Assembly: GCA_002633005.1 (NCBI GenBank)
Contig: NMRA01000814.1
Coordinates: 1 to 64,000, forward strand
Source: Phoronis australis
Taxonomy: Eukaryota > Animalia > Phoronida
Reading direction: 5' to 3'
Length of the DNA: 64,000 nucleotides
The notes under the pieces: generated by a model
The model's database searches: none
What the model was told of the DNA's origin: nothing
Seen by the model: the letters and a program-made list of their open reading frames with translations, nothing else
Program-made: the position numbers and the translations under genes
Shown here: positions 51,347 through 62,848 of the stretch, piece after piece
How the letters are laid out: each line of letters starts with the position of its first letter
Numbering within the stretch: position 1 is the stretch's first letter

Positions 51347-51870
51347 TCCTGCTATTTTTGGGTTAATTTCAACCAAGGTGTGGTAAAGTGCAGGCATATT
51401 CAAATTTTGAATTGAAAGTGCTCGTCAAATATGCAAATATGTTGTTCATCCAGTGTCCACTTTGATTGTGGATTGTTGGATTGGCATCCATGGTGTACAC
51501 GTTTCTGTTCTTTTAAATTCAGTACATTATGGCGGTAAGTTCATTATAGGCCGTCCTTCGCCGTGCTAAAAAACCAGACATTCAACTAACGCGTTTTCTT
51601 GCAATGAAAATACCCCGTCGAGCATTTTCACGTTATTATGGAAAAGTAGGTCTAGACGTCAACTATGGTCAACGAAAATCCCCTCTAGTCAATCAATGTC
51701 AATGGTGCACAACCCTGCAGACTTCATACGAGCTACAAACTTGATGGAAAAGATTTTCAGGGTTGCATGTCACTATGATGAATGTTCAATACTCCAAATG
51801 CCCATTACTCCGAAGGTTCGTTGTCTTCTAAAATTCACTAGAACTTTGAATTTCCATTACTCCAAAATCA

Positions 51871-52267
51871 GGGCCCGATCTCTAATCTTGTGCTCGAAAC
51901 GAACTCGAAATTATTTTTGGCAATACCTCTGCTCCTTTTGTGCGAACTCAAGAAAAGTGGTTAATGACTGTGCTCGAATAAGTATAGCTTATGCATGTGA
52001 GTTTCTAGTCCAAGTTTGCACTCAAAAACCCTTCGTGCTTCAAACTCTTTTTAAAAAACTGTAAAATTTGAGTTCAAACTCGAACTTTTAGCTTTAATGA
52101 TGGATTTGTCAACTGCAAACTAGGACTAATAAATCATCCACGTATGTCATTATGTACTCGAGCATTAAGTAATAGACACTTATCTAGAGTTCGCACAAAA
52201 GTAGATTAAAAAATGCCAAACATTATTTCGAGTTTCATTTCGAGTAAAAAGATTCGAGACTGGGCCC
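51871..52267. mobile_element. Harbinger-like MITE
   Basis: GGGCCC termini with ~80-bp imperfect inverted arms. Confidence 0.7.
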
Positions 52268-52417
52268 AGAACTCCGACACTTCACTGCTCTGATCACGAC
52301 CCATTCTCAAGCAGAGACAACATTTGGGGCACGGCTGCAGCGACCAACGGCAGCTTCAAATTCAAGAAGACTAAATGGAACTCCGTGAGGAGTGGCCAGG
52401 ACAGGGTAGCCTAGTAA

Positions 52418-52625
52418 CTGCGCTGCGATACGATCTTAACATGGATCTGCGGTGCGCTGCGAAACGATCTTAACATGGATCTGCGCTGCGATACGATCTT
52501 AACATGGATCTGCGCTGCGATACGATCTTAACATGGATCTGCGCTGCGATACGATCTTAACATGGATCTGCGCTGCGATTTGATCTTAACATGGATCTGC
52601 GCTGCGATACGATCTTAACATGGAT
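52418..52625 (+). repeat. 29-bp minisatellite, ~7 copies
   Basis: Unit CTGCGCTGCGATACGATCTTAACATGGAT. Confidence 0.95.
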
Positions 52626-53025
52626 TTGATGAATTGTGTCATATCATTTCAAAATGCAAGTGCGTACTCATTTTAAGACATGCGGCCAATTTGGCATGCA
52701 CATGATATCTGACTACCGTTTCTAGTTATGCTGGCCAGCTGGAGACGGTAGTCACTGTCTACATGAAACCCAAAGAAATTGTTTTAGTGCCCGCGCGGGC
52801 GATGTTTTCGGTTTATTTGCATCTAATAATCAAAATATCGTTTATTTTAGCATGTGAAAGTTCAAAAATCACATCAGACTTTGAAAGTTTAATTTGGAGC
52901 GGGAAATCTTCGGAGTGGTGAATCGTCGAAGTAGTGAACTTTCGGAACAGTGAACCTTCCGAGTAGTAAACCTTCTGAATAGTGGGATGTTCCCATTTCC
53001 AGCAATGTAAGCAACTTAAGTAACA

Positions 53026-53062
53026 CCAGGAAGAGATAACCATCCTGGTTATCTCTTCCTGG
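53026..53062. mobile_element. 37-bp TIR-only derivative of the CCAGG family
   Basis: CCAGGAAGAGATAACCA-TCC-TGGTTATCTCTTCCTGG flanked by TAACA on both sides. Confidence 0.85.
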
Positions 53063-53271
53063 TAACACGCTAAAATGGCAACCAGATAAACAATTGTGTC
53101 AAGTCAATCGCCGACTAAATTTCACATTTCCGCCTGAGTATGCAATGAGGTGTAATCACTTATTTAAGCATGGCTGATTTGAAAGTTTGGCAGAAAAAAT
53201 GCGAGAATGTTCTCCTTTTGGACCACATTACATCACAATTTGTGTCCCGTTCTTTACGAGCAACCGTCACA

Positions 53272-53707
53272 GTGCTGTGTGTGAACTTGGATTCCAGCTT
53301 AATCTCAAGATTAAGCGGAAGTGAGTGTTGTGTGAATTTGGAATTGAATATTCTTTAAGGCAAAAAGGTGAAATTTTTGTTCGGTGAAAAGAATGTTTGT
53401 TCTTATTGGTCTCATGATCAACCATTTTCTCCTTTACCGTAACTTGTGTCGCTGAACCGCAGGAACATGTGAATGGCAAAATCCGTTATTGTTTGGTGAA
53501 ACCGATGGCCCGTAGTTGAAAAGGTTGGTTAAAATTGATATTATTTCATTCAAATGTAACTCGATTTAGTGCAGTGCAAATTTTTATGAACATGAACGTG
53601 ATTATTTGAGTGAACTTGTCATGTTGCCTCGCGTATTCCAAGTTCACGCAACACTCACTTCCGCTTAATCTTGAGATTAAGCAAGATTCCAAGTTCACGT
53701 ACAGCAG
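53272..53707. mobile_element. Intact MITE of the CTGCTGT family
   Basis: TIR TGCTGT..GTGAACTTGGA..TTAATCTCAAGATTAAGCGGAAGTGAGTGTTG; CA on both flanks; inserted in a repeat shared with 36545-36900. Confidence 0.9.
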
Positions 53708-54748
53708 CAGCATCTGGAGACTTACATTCCCCTGCGTCAAAGGCCTTGCCGAAAACTCTACAGAGTCGACGTTAGTAAAATACCAAGGTCCACCGTCCTT
53801 GAAATTCGAACCGCCTCCCGCTCAGTGCTGGCTACGGGCCTGAATAGAATATATGCATTTGAGTAGAGATAGAAGAGCGCCTGCATGCTACTGCCCTACC
53901 GTTAAAAGTGTCTGTAAAATACCTATTGTTGAATGCAGAACGTTGTTCAACATTATGCAAATGGTTTCAAACGGTTACTTGGAGGGTTGATCTAGCTTAA
54001 CTCAGCTATTTGGGCGTGTCTCAGTGACGGGGATAACCCACCACTAGATTTGTCTGGTAAAACTTATTCGTGATATCTTAGTGGGCTTATTGCGAATTAA
54101 AACTGCTTTCATGCGGTTACCTCTTGGGTTGATATATATCAACTCAGGTATTTGGGCGTGTCTGGCGGAGCTATCCCACCACTAGATTTGTCTGGCAGTG
54201 TTTACTTCGTGATACATGGCTGGACTTACGATGAATATTTTGGAACTGGTTTTAAGCGGTTACCTCTTGGGTTGATCTAGCTCAATTTTAACCCTTTTTG
54301 ATTCGTCTGGTAGGGGCACCCCACCACTGAAATTGTCTGGCATCTAATTAACTGTTGTGCCATGTACAGTGATGCTGAACAACGTGCAATTGGTTTCAAG
54401 CGGTTACCTGGTGGGTTGATCTAGCTCAACTCGGGTATTTGGACGTGTCTGGCGGGGCTAACCCACCACTAGATTTGTCTGGCAGTGTTCATTCGTGACA
54501 CCTGGGCTCACGGTGAATATTTTGCAACTGGTTTCATGCGGTCACCCCTTGGATTGATCTAGCTCAATTAACTGGCTGAAATTTCCCACCACTGAAATTG
54601 TCTGACAGAGACCCGAATTTTGATACAGTGGATTACGTAGTTAGATATCCAAGGCAGTTTGAAGAGGTAACCAGAAAAGTTGATCTAGCTCAGTTCTTGA
54701 CGGTCATTCTCTTGGCTCCCCTGACCACCGACACCCACCATATCGAAC

Positions 54749-56544
54749 GCCGGTGTCTTGATTAATGAGCGTGCAGATTACCTCGCTGGCTCATGCACCA
54801 CCAACCAACCCCTCTACTTATATTCGGCTGACGTTAAAGGCGAAAGCAACCTTTTTTCATGTCATTTTTAGCAAAAATAAGGTTCGTTGATTATCCCAGA
54901 CACATTTTTCACTTAATTACAGCTTTTCGTAATTTGATTAATTTCTCGTCCTCTACTCCGGAAGTAAAGTTTTGGGAGGCAAGAGTTTCGCGCCAATTTC
55001 TTTTCATTATAGTCTGACTGTGAGAGCTGTCGAGTCAGTCATTGTTCTACCTCGGTTGTGATAAGTTCGGTCGTCGTTTGCTTTTGTTTACAAGTCAGTC
55101 AACATGCCACGCTGTTGCTGCGTGCCGGGATGTACTCATTATTGTCTCACACGCGCTTTGGGTACCTTGCGTCGCTTTCCGAAGGAGGACACACTTCGCC
55201 GTACTTGGCTAGCTCGTTCATGTGAAGAACGCAGCGCTACTCGTCCACGCAACGTACAAAGCAGTGGAGGGTTACCGAGTGTGTGGCAAGCATTTTCTGC
55301 CGTCAGATTATGACAGATATGTACGCTGAATTGATGAAGGTCCCTGCGAAACAACGCCTGAAGAAGGGTACCATACCGTCGCTGTTGATTCCCGGCAGTG
55401 CCCCGTGTTCAACCCCGAGAAGTGTGTTTTTGAAGCGAGAAGCCTCGCGAACTGTGGCCACTATATACAGTGACTGGAGGCACTTCATCTACTGTCACCC
55501 GTGCCTCCGAACGTACCTCATTGCGTGCAATTCCGAGAACTAGCAGTGATTCGCCCTGTGCTAGCCCAGAGTCTGTAAGCAGCCATGCAGCGATGTTGAG
55601 TAGTGGGAGTGAATACAGGCCCAGTTCGACACCCAGTGAAGAGGACATGCAGTTCGTCATCCAATGAACAGATCGGTGAGCCTACGTTTGATAAGTTTAT
55701 TGTGGACTTGTATTGGAGCTATTTGGAAGGTGCCAGATATGTGTGGCGAGGGAGTCACACGGCGGGATGTAAGCACTTTGGGTGCTCAGATTACCCTTCA
55801 ATGGGAGTGTGTCGCGGGACACTCGGGCAAGTGGGACAGTTCTTCCTCTGTACGTGAGACGATAATGAGTACACTCCAGTACGCAGCAACAGCGTGACAT
55901 GTTGACTGACTCGTAAGCAAAAGCAAATGACGACCGAACTTATCACAACCGAGGTAGAACAATGACTAACTCGACTGCTCTCACAGTCAGACTATATGAA
56001 AAGAAATTGGCGCGAAATTCTTGCCTCCCAAAACGTCACTTCCGGAGTAGACGAGGAGTAATTAATTAAATTACGAAAAGCAGTAAACATAACGCTAAAC
56101 CCTCGTGAGAGGCCGCCCCGAGTTGGCTGCTGGAGCAACTCGGGGCGGTCTGGGATCAAGCGGAAAAACCACCGTGACAGGGTAGATCTGTGGTAAGTGA
56201 AAAATATGTCCGGAATAATCAACGAACCTTATTTTCGCTAAAAATGACATGAAAAAAGGTTGCCTTCGCCTTTAAGCTGCTGGCCCGCAAACGCAACCTC
56301 GAGCAGACTGCATCCCAACTGGCCGAGTTCAATGATGGCAGCTGACTGCTCTGCGCAGCCGGTATTATTTATGGCCATATGCTGCGAAGAGTCACAAGAA
56401 AAGCCGTGCCCTAGTGCTGTCAAATCAAATGCTTACAGGCAACGTCAGCCCTGGAGTTCTGCGCCTTCTGCTGTCACGGGGATGGTCTGGGGAGGGGAAT
56501 AATGCACCAGCATATCCCCAATGATCCTGTCCGTGACAGGTATT
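54749..56544 (+). mobile_element. 5'-truncated LINE 3' end (RNase H C-terminus) interrupted by a Kolobok
   Basis: 12-bp TSD ACCATATCGAAC (54737-54748 and 56545-56556); AGVLINERADYLA resembles the RNase H GNERAD.LA motif. Confidence 0.7.
54838..56271 (+). mobile_element. Kolobok family 2 deletion derivative with ~320-bp inverted arms and a THAP + Cys/His domain remnant
   Basis: TTAA TSD and AGG..CCT ends; MPRCCCVPGC..RRFPKEDTLRRTWL..VCGKHF (THAP); LFGRCQIC..WECVAGHSGKWDSS. Confidence 0.88.
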
Positions 56545-57040
56545 ACCATATCGAACCTGCCAGACGGCCATTTCCAAGCATCAGGATACCCACAGAGCAC
56601 TGTGGCACCAAAGAAAATAGTTTACCTGCCCAAAAAAGCTCTGGGATCTATAATTATTGGCCTCGCGATCAACCATTTTGTCCTTTACAGCAACTTGTGT
56701 CCGCGGCTGAACCGCAGGAATATGTGAATGGCTAAATCGATTATTGTTTGGTGCCGGACTGAAACTGATCGCCCGTAGTAGTGAAAAGGTTGATTAAAAT
56801 TGACATTATTTTATTCAAATCTAACTTGATATAGCACAGTGCAAATTTTTATGAACATGAATGTGATTATTCGAGAGAACTTTTCAAGTTGCCTCTCGTA
56901 TTCCAAGTTCACGCAACACTCACTTCCGCTTAATCTTGAAATTTTAATTTACTTAAAAGTACTGAGGATTCCAAGTTCAAATACAGCAGTACTGTTCTAG
57001 TTCAAGTACATGACGCCAGATGGCTCGTTATCCTTAAAAA

Positions 57041-57172
57041 TCACGTGACTCAGTGTTTTGTACACAAACATGGCCGTCTTGCATTGAGTGATTGACTATT
57101 TTAGTATTTATTGCGAAACCGTTCCTGATTTAGGTACAGATAAAGTCCTTCAATTAAAATTTGTCTCTTCAA
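57041..57172 (+). promoter_or_regulatory. Candidate LRSAM1 promoter / non-coding first exon
   Basis: TCACGTGAC E-box overlapping TGACTCA, YY1-like AACATGGC, donor AA|GTGAGT at 57173; the ATG-bearing exon has an acceptor at 58541. Confidence 0.4.
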
Positions 57173-57939
57173 GTGAGTATAGCTATCTTGAAACACGTTA
57201 GCCAGTACGTTTCATCAAATGAGGGCGAGATACTATGCTTCCAAAACTTTTTTGTTAATCAACTAATGTCGTGATGTGTGATTGTGAATGATTTTCTGAA
57301 TTTCTGGTTATTCAGTTCTCCATATGCGAGGCTGACGGGAACCAGTGACAAAGTGGACCCATCAGCTGTATTCATATTGTGAGGAATGTTCCTGGAGGCT
57401 ACTTCTCTGTAAAGTTCTTAATTGACGTCTTTATGACGTTTTTTTAGTTTACAGTACACCAAAACTTACCCATGCTGGCTTTATAGCTGTAGTTTAGAGA
57501 CTGAAAAATAGCAAAACTGGTTCTGGTCTGTGCCCGAATCATTTTGATACCTGTGCCTCGCTGCTTAGCAAAGGTGAATTAGACAAATTTCCAATTATAT
57601 AATTGGTCTTAGCTTCTTCCTTACTTGATTGTGACCACGTCACTTTTATTTACACTTATATCTCTGTGTTATTCTCCATCTTAAATAGCTTAAGTTCCCT
57701 TTTCTCCATGTTGCTGTTAAATTTAATGTCGTAGAAATAGCCCTACTGGCTAATGTGGACCTGTTCTTCTAATGACGTTAAATAAAGATTCTTGATTCTG
57801 GTTCTTGATTCTTGACAAGTCATTTCTGGATTTGCACAGAACTGACACTTTGTAAAATGTCTTGAGAGCGCCTTCTAGCTGTATGAAGACTAGTTTGAGA
57901 GAGCCAGCTAGCTGTGTGAAGACTAGTGTCAAAAGATAA

Positions 57940-58081
57940 TATTTTGAACATGCTTCCGATGAATCATATGAGCCTCTGTTAGCCGCTCGCTAACAGGCAA
58001 TTGCCTATTGGCTGAATTGTTAGCATGCTTGCCGGTTTTATCGGGGCCGCTGGTTGGATGGTAAACTCGCCTATTACTACT
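57940..58081 (+). mobile_element. Solo copy of the tRNA-containing LTR
   Basis: Aligns end to end with 10284-10132; flanks ATAA / ATAT resemble a 4-bp TSD; B box decayed. Confidence 0.75.
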
Positions 58082-58324
58082 ATATCTAGGAACTGCTGTA
58101 GGTTAGCCTCACAAAGACATCAAGATTTCTCATAACCCAGGAGCTTCAACAGGAACAGCTAATGACTGGTGGGGTGCCTGCAAAACCTACCACCTTGTCC
58201 GCTACAGCCATTTTAAAGTGAAAAACATTTATTAAATGTTTTCTTGCATAGTTCTCCAGTTTTGCAACAAAGAAAAGTCCTGACCGGATGACTTGTTTGT
58301 GTCCTTGCCATCCCCTTGTGGGAC

Positions 58325-58471
58325 TTTGTGTTGATCTTGTATGATCTTTGTGTTGATCTTGTATGATCTTTGTGTTGATCTTGTATGATCTTTGTGTTGA
58401 TCTTGTATGATCTTTGTGTTGATCTTGTATGATCTTTGTGTTGATCTTGTATGATCTTTGTGTTGATCTTG
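58325..58471 (+). repeat. 22-bp minisatellite, ~6.5 copies
   Basis: Unit TTTGTGTTGATCTTGTATGATC. Confidence 0.95.
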
Positions 58472-58578
58472 TTTGATTTTACCAAAATCTTGTTTGCCTG
58501 GCTTGTTACCACTTGATTAATACTGTTCTTTGTCTTTGCAGGGCTCTTTCCTGACCCCTCAGTTTTGATCTTTCCTGG

Positions 58579-58725
58579 ATGGGATCATGTTTCTCTGGTC
58601 CTTCATCTAACCCAGTCATCCCTGCACCCCCATTGTTGGATGAACAACCCATGACCAGCATGCCTAAGTTATTCAAACGACAAAGTGAAGAGGCCAAGAA
58701 ACGACAGCAACATCAGCAGTACCTG
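58579..58725 (+). CDS. LRSAM1: E3 ubiquitin ligase LRSAM1, first coding exon
   Basis: MPKLFKRQSEEAKKRQQHQQYL resembles the vertebrate start [24 protein letters not shown]; acceptor at 58541, donor GTGAG at 58726, phase 0. Confidence 0.85.
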
Positions 58726-58904
58726 GTGAGACAGCAACATCAACAGTACCGGGTGATGTCATTATGATGTCATTGGGATGTCATTGTGGTGTCATTATGA
58801 TGTCATTGAGTAGGCTTGTTGTAAGGTTAAGTGGGACCATTGCCAAAGTTGACACATTTGGAAACACTTAGTCTCAGAAATGTGTGATTGGACACATATG
58901 GAGA

Positions 58905-59626
58905 TTTTCCGTAGATAAGCCCACCTGATGAAATGCCCATCGGCGTTTATTCGAAAATTATGCCCAATAAACACTCGTGGGCATTTATTTGGTGTTACAA
59001 CTACAAATAGTGGGATGTTCATTCACAAAATTATGCCCAATAAACACTCATGGGCATTTATTTGGTGTTACAACTACAAATAGTGGAGTGTTCATTCACA
59101 AAATTATGCCCAATAAACACTCATGGGCATTTATTTGGTGTTACAACTACAAATAGTGGAGTGTTCATTCACAAAATTATGCCCAATAAACTCTCATGGG
59201 CATTTATTTGGTGTTACAACTACAAATAGTGGGGTGTTCATTCACAAAATTATGCCCAATAAACACTCATGGGCATTTATTTGGTGTTACAACTACAAAT
59301 AGTGGGGTGTTCATTCACAAAATTTCCTCTTAAGAGCCCACTCGGCATTAACTTTTTGTCAAAAATTCAGTTTTGTGGATCATTTATCATTTATAACAAC
59401 AAAAAGGTGTTTGCAAATTATGCATTAGAGTATTAACATAAAATTTAAAAATACAGTTTTAAGTAAAAAGATATCTAAGTCAGCAAAACTATAACTTTTC
59501 ATTTAAAAGCCCCACTTTTCCAAATAAAAGCCCCAGCATTTATTTGATGTTACTTAACTGTTGAAAATTTTCATTTCCGAGTACTCGCCCATGGGCGTTT
59601 TACCGAGTAGGCATATCTATGGAAAA
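58905..59626. mobile_element. TIR element containing a 73-bp tandem array (~5 copies, 58953-59325)
   Basis: Inverted ends TTTTCCGTAGATAAGCC / GGCATATCTATGGAAAA. Confidence 0.7.
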
Positions 59627-59909
59627 TGGCGGTGTGAAGCTTTCAGATACCATGCTTCATGCTGCATGAGGGCTATAAAAACAGGACTTTATAGTTTTTA
59701 TGAAAAAACTCAAGTGAAAATGGCGGTGTGAAGCTTTCAGATACCATGCTTCATGCTGCATGAGGGCTATAAAAACAGGACTTTATAGTTTTTATGAAAA
59801 ACTTAAGTGAAAATGGCGGTGTGAAGCTTTCAGATACCATGCTTCATGCTGCATGAGGGCTATAAAAACAGGACTTTATAGTTTTTATGAAAAAACTCAA
59901 GTGAAAATG
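59622..59909 (+). repeat. ~95-bp tandem repeat, 3 copies
   Basis: Unit GAAAATGGCGGTGTGAAGCTTTCAGATACC..AAACTCAAGT. Confidence 0.95.
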
Positions 59910-60384
59910 ATTATTCATACAACTGTAACAACATTTTTCGGATTTCATCTCAAATGTTTAAATTGAACAAAATTGAACAAAATTTGGTCATGTTATTGAT
60001 ACCTTTGTTTTTTGCTAAATTTTTCTAAAAGACGTGATCACGTTATTCACATAAGTATTGATTGGTATCAAGTCAAAAACCAAATTCTTCAAGTTTTCTA
60101 CGGGATTGATTGTATTGCATTGAACCTCAGGTTATCTGGGTAGCCTGTATGGACTCTTCTTCCCCCACTGTAGGAACACACTAAACATTAACAACATTTT
60201 TGTTGATTGAAGATAACTATGTTCTTGCTAATTCTATTTCTTTCTCTTGCGCTCCAGTTCTCGACTTGCGGTTAATGCGTTTCATTTTTCATCAATAACA
60301 GATCATTTCATTTTCAAACTGGAGGCTTGGTACTATGTATCAAAACTGTGCTCTAACTTTACCAAAGATGTATTCTGTCTTCAG

Positions 60385-60483
60385 GCCAAAGAAAGTCCAG
60401 ATCCATGGTATGATTTATCTGGTTGTGAACTGTATGAGGTTCCCAAGGGGGTTTTCTCACTGTGTAAAGTACTTCAAAAGGAG
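60385..60483 (+). CDS. LRSAM1: LRSAM1 coding exon 2
   Basis: AKESPDPWYDLSGCELYEVPKGVFSLCKVLQKE versus human [36 protein letters not shown]/GT boundaries, 99 nt. Confidence 0.92.
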
Positions 60484-60797
60484 GTGAGACTCATTAAATT
60501 TTATGGCCCTTGTGGTCGACTAACTTGGTGATTATGATCAGTTTAATATGCAGGGTGTAGTAACTAATTAGAGAACACTGTGTGAGCATATAAAACAGAC
60601 TGTGAACTATTAGCAAACATGAATGGTCAAGCTATTTTGATATCAACTTGCAAATAATAAAATGGAAATTGGAAAATAGTATTCAGAAGACCAAACAGGC
60701 ATATTTGCTTCTCGTCTTTGTTTGTTCTTTTTTAAAAATTGGTTAAGCTCATTTTGATTGTTGATTTAAAAATCAACCTTATATCAGTAAAAGTTAA

Positions 60798-61624
60798 AGG
60801 AAAGTGCCACCAAAAAACTATGTATTTTGTATCAATGTAGATTGAGTAGTTCCACCTGACTCCAGACGGCAGACGGAGGTGCTGAAATTAACCAATGACA
60901 TCTCATGTTCTAACACAGTCTGCTCAGCAGTTCACAAGATGCATACTGGTGTCAGCTTATTGCTTGAATTCATCATTTTACACCAATAAAATCATCAAAA
61001 TTGGATGTAAAACCCTCACAAATGAGTTGCTTTTTTTTCACTATCTTGGATTTCTAGAAATTTTGAATGTGCCGTAGCCTACAAAGTATGCTAGGTCAGT
61101 CGAAGGAAGTTTGAAGTCTGTTTGGTAGTAAATTAGAATTATTCGTCTGTGAAATACAGGCAGGAGAGCCTAATAGTGTGTAGTAATTTTAGACTTGCAA
61201 ATTTTTTCTATTCTAAACTTAAAATGCTCGTTATAACACAGTGGCTCGGAATCCGATCAGGCCCCTCGCGGCCAGACTGCAGACATTACGAACATAAACC
61301 AGCCGGGTTGCAAACTAAACTTCCAGTCACGAAAAGACTAGACTAGTGAACCAAAAAAATAATATGCACGTGAATATTTTGGTGAGTTCGCCGCAAAATT
61401 GCAAATCTACTTACTCGTCAGGGGCTGCGAAGTCAAGTTCTCCTTGGCATAGAACAGTACAGGGAAAATGTATGTAATAATGATTTGAATGATGTATATA
61501 TGGCTATATAATAATTTCACTTCCATCTGACCATAGCATGTAAAATCTAGTTATAGTTTCGTGACGTAGATACGGACCAACTAAGAGGGTAACAAAAACT
61601 AATTAAATCGAGTGGCATTCTCCT
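60798..61624 (-). mobile_element. Kolobok family 1, copy 3 (more diverged, internally deleted)
   Basis: TTAA-AGGAAAGTGCCACC ... GTGGCATTCTCCT-TTGA; colinear with 26638-27400. Confidence 0.85.
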
Positions 61625-61672
61625 TTGAAAAACTTAAACAATGATGAACCCGGTGCTTTTATGTTAAAGGAT

Positions 61673-61987
61673 TTGAGGTGCACCTTAAAGGAGGTGAGGT
61701 GCACCTTGTCCTAAAGGAGGTGAGGTGTACCTTGTCCTAAAGGAGGTGAGGTGCATCTTGTCCTAAAGGAGGTGTGGTGCACCTTGTCCTAAAAGAGGTG
61801 AGGTGCACCTTGTCCTAAAGGAGTTGTGGTGCACCTTGTCCTAGAAGAGGTGAGGTGCACCTTATCCTTAAGGAGGTGTGGTGCACCTTGTCCTAAAGGA
61901 GGTGAGATACATCTTGTCCTAAAGGAGGTGAGGTGCACCTTGTCCTAAAGGAGGTGAGGTGCACCTTAAAGAGATGAGGTGCACCTT
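61673..61987 (+). repeat. 26-bp minisatellite, ~11 copies
   Basis: Unit GGAGGTGAGGTGCACCTTGTCCTAAA. Confidence 0.95.
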
Positions 61988-62231
61988 CAAAAATGAGTTC
62001 AACGCAGACCAGTACAGAATATGTTTTAGACTAAAATTAATTCTGACTGCTGAAATGTTGAAACCAGTTTAATGGTTTTGATTTCCTGTTTAAAGCGGCC
62101 ATGAACTGGCATTCTGTCCAAGAAGCAGACTTTTGATTTAGGCCACTTTCTGCTATAAAATTGATCTCAACACGTTGCTTACTGAGTTAAAAAGTGATTT
62201 GTGTTATTGTGTAGAACTTACAATTTGTTAT

Positions 62232-62440
62232 TGCTTCGGGAGCGCTGGACACATATAATGTTGTTTGGTGACAAGACAACCTTGCTTCAGGAGCATGCTG
62301 GACACATATAATGTTGTTTGGTGACAAGCCAACCTTGCTTCAGGAGCATGCTGGACACATATAATGTTGTTTGGTGACAAGCCAACCTTGCTTCAGGAGC
62401 ATGCTGGACACATATAATGTTGTTTGGTGACGAGCCCACC
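62232..62440 (+). repeat. 53-bp minisatellite, ~3.5 copies
   Basis: Unit GCTGGACACATATAATGTTGTTTGGTGACAAGCCAACCTTGCTTCAGGAGCAT. Confidence 0.95.
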
Positions 62441-62698
62441 TGAGTAGCCTTGCCTCAAGCATTAACAAACTCAAATTTGACTAAGGAAACATTTTAGACC
62501 ATCGCTGTTATCGTAAGTGCTCTAAATCAAAATTTGGTTCTTGTGACGGAAGGACGTTTTTTGTCCCTTTACATGTGTAGTGGGTAGAAGCCAAGTTCCA
62601 ATTTAAGTGCCAAATGCTCTTTAAGAAAATTTAGTGTTTTGCAATAATGACTCTTTACTTGCTGTATACTAGCTTGAGTGCGACTCATCTCTCCTTAG

Positions 62699-62848
62699 TC
62701 TCTGCTACTATACAACAACTCAGTATCCAGCCTGACCAATAGGGAAAACAGTTGTCTGACCGACCTCTTGACCCTGCGAGTGCTTGACCTGCACGATAAC
62801 TGTCTGGACAGCCTGCCAGACAACCTGGGTACTCTCAGAAATCTTCAG
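62699..62848 (+). CDS. LRSAM1: LRSAM1 coding exon 3 (LRRs); the gene continues beyond the window
   Basis: SLLLYNNSVSSL..LRVLDLHDNCLDSLPDNLGTLRNLQ versus human [27 protein letters not shown]/GT boundaries, 150 nt. Confidence 0.92.

Larger units (their letters stand above)
48409..56650 (+). mobile_element. Academ DNA transposon with long TIRs containing tandem subrepeats
   Basis: TAG..CTA termini and TAA TSD. Left arm 48409-~49030 is the reverse complement of ~53950-54748 plus 56557-56650. Transposase remnant inside. Confidence 0.8.
48278..56989. mobile_element. MITE (CTGCTGT termini, ~70-bp TIR, 2-bp TSD) split by the Academ insertion
   Basis: Left part 48278-48408 plus right part 56651-56989 together match the intact copy at 53272-53707; TA on both flanks. 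Confidence 0.85.
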
